Shown in pieces: positions 60,672 to 64,000 of a stretch of 64,000 bases of DNA. Position 1 is the stretch's first letter. Each line of letters opens with the position of its first letter. Both the position numbers and the translations under genes were made by a program. Source of the stretch: Candidatus Eiseniibacteriota bacterium (GTDB taxonomy: Bacteria > Eisenbacteria > RBG-16-71-46 > SZUA-252); NCBI GenBank assembly GCA_963740415.1, contig CAVUEC010000013.1, positions 534,726 through 598,725 on the forward strand, written 5' to 3'. The notes below the pieces were generated by a model. It saw only the letters and a list, made by a program, of their open reading frames with translations. It had not been told where the DNA came from and made no database searches.

Positions 60672-61127
60672 GTGACACCATCCATGCTGGACCAGGTTCT
60701 CGAGCTTCTTCGGGAGACGTTCGAGGGGGCGCGGCCGGGCGAAGGGACGCAGTACCTCGATCACAATTCGGGGATTCGAGCCACGCTGGCCGCGATCACG
60801 GCCGAGCAGGCGTCGCGCCGGATCAACGGACGTCCCAGCATCGCGGCGCACGCGCGCCACATGAGCTTTCACCTTCGGGTGACCGCCGAGTGGATTGAGG
60901 GCGATCACAGCAAGCGCGATTGGCTGGGAAGCTTCGAGCCCCAGACGGTGACAACCGAGGAGTGGGATGGCGTGAAGCGCGACCTTGAAGCGTCCCGCGA
61001 CGGGTTCACACGAGCGCTTGGATCCCTGACGCCGGAGCGGTTCGCTGAGGAAGGCGGCGGAATGGGCGCCGTCGCGCACCTGGCCTATCATCTCGGCGCG
61101 ATTCGACAATTGATGCCTCGGAGGTAG
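60672..61127 (+). CDS. DinB-like four-helix-bundle protein
   Basis: His-containing helices (SIAAHARHMSFHL and AVAHLAYHLGAIRQL) and a size of ~150 aa. ATG 60684 is an alternative start. Confidence 0.55.
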   Translation: MTPSMLDQVLELLRETFEGARPGEGTQYLDHNSGIRATLAAITAEQASRRINGRPSIAAHARHMSFHLRVTAEWIEGDHSKRDWLGSFEPQTVTTEEWDGVKRDLEASRDGFTRALGSLTPERFAEEGGGMGAVAHLAYHLGAIRQLMPRR

Positions 61128-61161
61128 CGCCGCGATGGGTGGGCGTGGCCAGGAGGGAGAG

Positions 61162-61977
61162 ATGAGTCCGACGTACGTCTTGGGGCATTCGGAGCGGGAG
61201 CTGGAGCGCCTGACCACGCAGGCGGCCCTCGTCGATCCCATGACGCGCCGCTTCTTCTCGCAGGCCGGGCTCGCGCCCGGAATGCGCGTGCTCGACGTGG
61301 GGTGCGGCCCCGGCGACGTCTCGTTTCTGGTGTCCGACATGGTCGGCCCGAAGGGTGAAGTCGTCGGAGTGGACCGCTCACCCGTGCCGCTCGCGACCGC
61401 GCGGGCGCGATTGGAGCAGCGCCCGCTGGGCAACGTGACGTTCCGCGAAGGCGATCCGAGCGAAATGATGTTCGATCGTCCGTTCGACGCCGTCGTCGGG
61501 CGCTACGTGCTCATGTTCCAGCCGGATCCGAGCCACCTCCTTCGAGGCGTCGCGAAGCACCTGAGGCCGGGCGGCGCCATCGTCTTTCACGAGCCCGATT
61601 GGGATGGGGTTTCGTCCTATCCGCCGGCGCCCATCTACGAGCAATGCTGCCGGTGGATTGTCGAGACCCTGGTGCGAACCGGACACGAAGAACGCATGGG
61701 GAAGAAGCTCCACGCCACGTTCGTCGCCGCCGGGCTGCCGGCGCCGACGATGGACGTCAGCACCCTCATCGGAGGCGGTCCCAAGAGCGTCGACGGGCTG
61801 CGCCTGATTGCCGACCTCACGGAAACCATGCTGCCCGCCATGGAGTCCGCCGGCGTCACGACGGCTGCCGAGGTGGGCCTTGGCACGTTGGCCGACCGGA
61901 TGATCCGCGAGGCGACGGATCGCGGCTGCGTGATCGTGGGACGCCTCGAGGTGGGCGCGTGGACGCGGCGAGAGTAG
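61162..61977 (+). CDS. Class I SAM-dependent methyltransferase
   Basis: AGGAGGGAGAG RBS before ATG 61162. Motif I is VLDVGCGPGDVS. FDAVVGRYVLMF is also present. Confidence 0.8.
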   Translation: MSPTYVLGHSERELERLTTQAALVDPMTRRFFSQAGLAPGMRVLDVGCGPGDVSFLVSDMVGPKGEVVGVDRSPVPLATARARLEQRPLGNVTFREGDPSEMMFDRPFDAVVGRYVLMFQPDPSHLLRGVAKHLRPGGAIVFHEPDWDGVSSYPPAPIYEQCCRWIVETLVRTGHEERMGKKLHATFVAAGLPAPTMDVSTLIGGGPKSVDGLRLIADLTETMLPAMESAGVTTAAEVGLGTLADRMIREATDRGCVIVGRLEVGAWTRRE

Positions 61978-62786
61978 TGGGCGAGAATACGGGACGCGCC
62001 AGTGCCATCACCATCGCGGCCATCGCGGTCGTGGCGTTCGCGTTCTGCGACATGGTCCATGAGGTGCTGGGCCACGGCACCGCGACCTTGGCCTCACCGA
62101 CCGTCCGGGCGACCATGCTCACCACGGTCGCGCTGAGCACGGATGGAAGCAGTCGCACGGTCGCGGCCGCGGGCTCCATCGCGAACCTCGCCGCCGCGAT
62201 TCTCGCGTTCTGGATCCTGACGCGTACCACGCTCCCGGCGGCGTGGCGCTACTTCCTTTGGCTGTTCGCGAGCGTCAACCTCTTCAACGCGACGGCTTAC
62301 TTCCTCTATTCGGGAATTCTGGGTTCGGGCGATTGGGGGGTCGTGATCGCGGGGCTGGAGCCGCATCTCTTGTGGCGCGCCGGCATGGTCGCGGTGGGAG
62401 TGGCTACGTACGTGCTCTCGGTCCGGATCTCAGCCAAGGCGCTCCGGGGCATGGTGCTCGACGGCTCCGTGCCGGCCACCGACGTGAATGGAATGGCCAC
62501 CCTTCCCTACTGGGTGGGCGGCGCGCTTCTCGTCCTCGGCTCGGTGCCGAATCCGGTGAGTCCCATGCTGATCCTCACGTCCGGGGCCGCGAGCGGATTC
62601 GGCGCGATGGCTGGGCTGCTCTTCGTCCCGGGACTCGTCGGGACGCCGGCGTCGACGTCCGCGTCGCCGCCGACGTCCGCATCGCCGGCAGCGGCGCTCG
62701 GCCTGAGCCGCGGATGGATTGCGACGGCCCTGCTCACGGCCGCGATCTTCATCTTCGTCGTGGGGCGCGGGATTCGCCTCGGATAG
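61977..62786 (+). CDS. Integral membrane protein with an HEXXXH motif (possible M50-like metalloprotease fold)
   Basis: FCDMVHEVLGHG sits in the first TM helix, and there are 6 or more hydrophobic helices. GTG 61977 overlaps the upstream TAG by 1 nt. Confidence 0.5.
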   Translation: MGENTGRASAITIAAIAVVAFAFCDMVHEVLGHGTATLASPTVRATMLTTVALSTDGSSRTVAAAGSIANLAAAILAFWILTRTTLPAAWRYFLWLFASVNLFNATAYFLYSGILGSGDWGVVIAGLEPHLLWRAGMVAVGVATYVLSVRISAKALRGMVLDGSVPATDVNGMATLPYWVGGALLVLGSVPNPVSPMLILTSGAASGFGAMAGLLFVPGLVGTPASTSASPPTSASPAAALGLSRGWIATALLTAAIFIFVVGRGIRLG

Positions 62787-62803
62787 GCAACGGGAGGGCA
62801 GCG

Positions 62804-64000
62804 CTAGTTCGCTCCGCCCGCAGTCCCCGGCGCGCTTGCCGCTGCGATATACGCTTCGACCTGCTCCCGCAATACGGGAAGAGCCACGGCTCCGTTCCCG
62901 AGAACCACATCGTGGAACGTCTTGATGTCGAACCGCGTTCCCAGGCGCGTCTTCGCTTCGTCCCTCAATTTCAAGATCTCTCCCTGACCCAGCTTGTACG
63001 CAAGCGCCTGGCCCGGCCACGTGAGATACCGGTCCACCTCGTTCTCGATGTTGTTCTGGGCCAGCGCGGTGTTCTCCACCATGTAGTCGATCGCCTGCTG
63101 GCGGCTCCAACCCATCGCGTGCATGCCCGTGTCGACGACCAGACGGCACGACCGCCACGCATCGAGCGACAGTTTCCCAAGCCGGTCCACGTCGCTGGTG
63201 TATAGACCCATCTCGTCCGCGAGCCGCTCGCTGTAGAGGCCCCAGCCCTCCACGAACGCGGTGACGCCCTCGTGCTTCATGAACTCCGGGACGCCGGTCA
63301 ATTCGTTAGCGACCGCGATCTGGAGATGATGTCCGGGAATGGATTCGTGGAACGCGAGCGCTTCGGCTTCGTACCGCGGCCGGGTCTCGGGCAGGTACGT
63401 GTTGATCATGTACTGCCCGGGCCGCGAGCCGTCCGCGGAGGGCGGACGGTAGTACGCGATGGTCGAGTAGGGCGCCTCGTACATGCCCATGACCTTGACC
63501 ACGCAGTCCGCCTTGGGCTGGACCTTTCCGAACCAGTTCGGCACCGCCGCCTTCGCGCGTGCGAGAGTTTCCCGCGCCTTGGCTTCGACCTCATTGGACG
63601 TCTTGAAGTGCATGTCGGGGCTGGTACGGAGCCGCTTCTGGATCTCCGCCACGTCCGACGTGCCGAACACCTTCTGCCCCAGAGCCGCAAGGTCGCGCCG
63701 AAACGCAGCGACTTGCTCGAGCCCCAGCTTGTGGATCTCCTCGGGCGTCATGTCCAGCGACGTGGTCACGCGGATCATCTTCCGGTACGCGTCCGCGCCT
63801 CCCGGCATCGAGCCAAGCCCGGCCTTCTCCGAGGGCCTGGCCGCGGGCTGGATCTTGGCGACCAGGAAGTCGTGATACCGAACGAGGCTCGGCTTGAGCG
63901 AGGTCTCGACAGCCGCGCGAAGGCTCTTCGAGAACGTTTCGCGCTCGGCCGCGCTCCATCGCTTGTGCTCGGCGAGCCCGGGCTTGAACACGGCCAAGCT
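62804..64000 (-). CDS. DUF885-family protein. The 5' end lies outside the window.
   Basis: EALAFHESIPGHHLQ, WGLYSERLADEMG and VDRYLTWPGQALAYKLG. The ORF is open to the window edge. Confidence 0.8.
   Translation of the reverse strand, partial: SLAVFKPGLAEHKRWSAAERETFSKSLRAAVETSLKPSLVRYHDFLVAKIQPAARPSEKAGLGSMPGGADAYRKMIRVTTSLDMTPEEIHKLGLEQVAAFRRDLAALGQKVFGTSDVAEIQKRLRTSPDMHFKTSNEVEAKARETLARAKAAVPNWFGKVQPKADCVVKVMGMYEAPYSTIAYYRPPSADGSRPGQYMINTYLPETRPRYEAEALAFHESIPGHHLQIAVANELTGVPEFMKHEGVTAFVEGWGLYSERLADEMGLYTSDVDRLGKLSLDAWRSCRLVVDTGMHAMGWSRQQAIDYMVENTALAQNNIENEVDRYLTWPGQALAYKLGQGEILKLRDEAKTRLGTRFDIKTFHDVVLGNGAVALPVLREQVEAYIAAASAPGTAGGAN

Overview
High-GC bacterial chromosomal segment, almost entirely coded on the + strand. 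There are no rRNA or tRNA genes, CRISPR arrays, integrases or complete transposases.

Layout:
- 1-10.7 kb: housekeeping genes. aspS (5' partial), two small coiled-coil lipoproteins (one with LysM), then phoH, 7TM-HD hydrolase, ybeY, DUF502, recO, glyQ and glyS.
- 10.7-25.0 kb: a lower-GC block made only of secreted proteins and lipoproteins of unknown function. It holds a 1262-aa protein, three paralogous lipoproteins, a TolB-like beta-propeller protein and a small secreted protein.
- 25-32.8 kb: aldehyde dehydrogenase, asparaginase-II family, ppdK, a five-heme cytochrome c and a CDP-alcohol phosphatidyltransferase.
- 33.1-45.2 kb: a four-gene operon joined by ATGA start/stop overlaps. It encodes a ~2390-aa Ig/CARDB surface protein, an outer-membrane barrel + TPR protein, a membrane RsbW-HAMP-PP2C fusion and a STAS protein.
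- 45.4-51.9 kb: a VWA membrane protein, a lamin-tail-domain protein and two putative beta-barrel proteins.
- 52-64 kb: aminotransferase, carbamate kinase, an ABC ATPase + permease, a small LTD protein, a TPCP-motif P-type ATPase, a globin-like gene, small detox-type genes and a partial DUF885 gene.

Five proteins end in a FlgD-Ig-like / T9SS-type C-terminal domain. This suggests an FCB-superphylum-like uncultured lineage, but that is inference only.

At least nine genes, including essential aspS, are interrupted by single-base frame changes, mostly at short G/C runs. I interpret these as assembly or sequencing indels, not biology. Several ORFs in the supplied track are therefore split genes or false fusions.

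Best candidate for something new: the surface-protein / partner-switching operon. Both signalling proteins in it carry the same transposase-type HTH module, and no sigma factor is encoded nearby. Two intergenic repeat systems sharing a TTTCGGCGG core sit upstream of the two big surface-protein loci.
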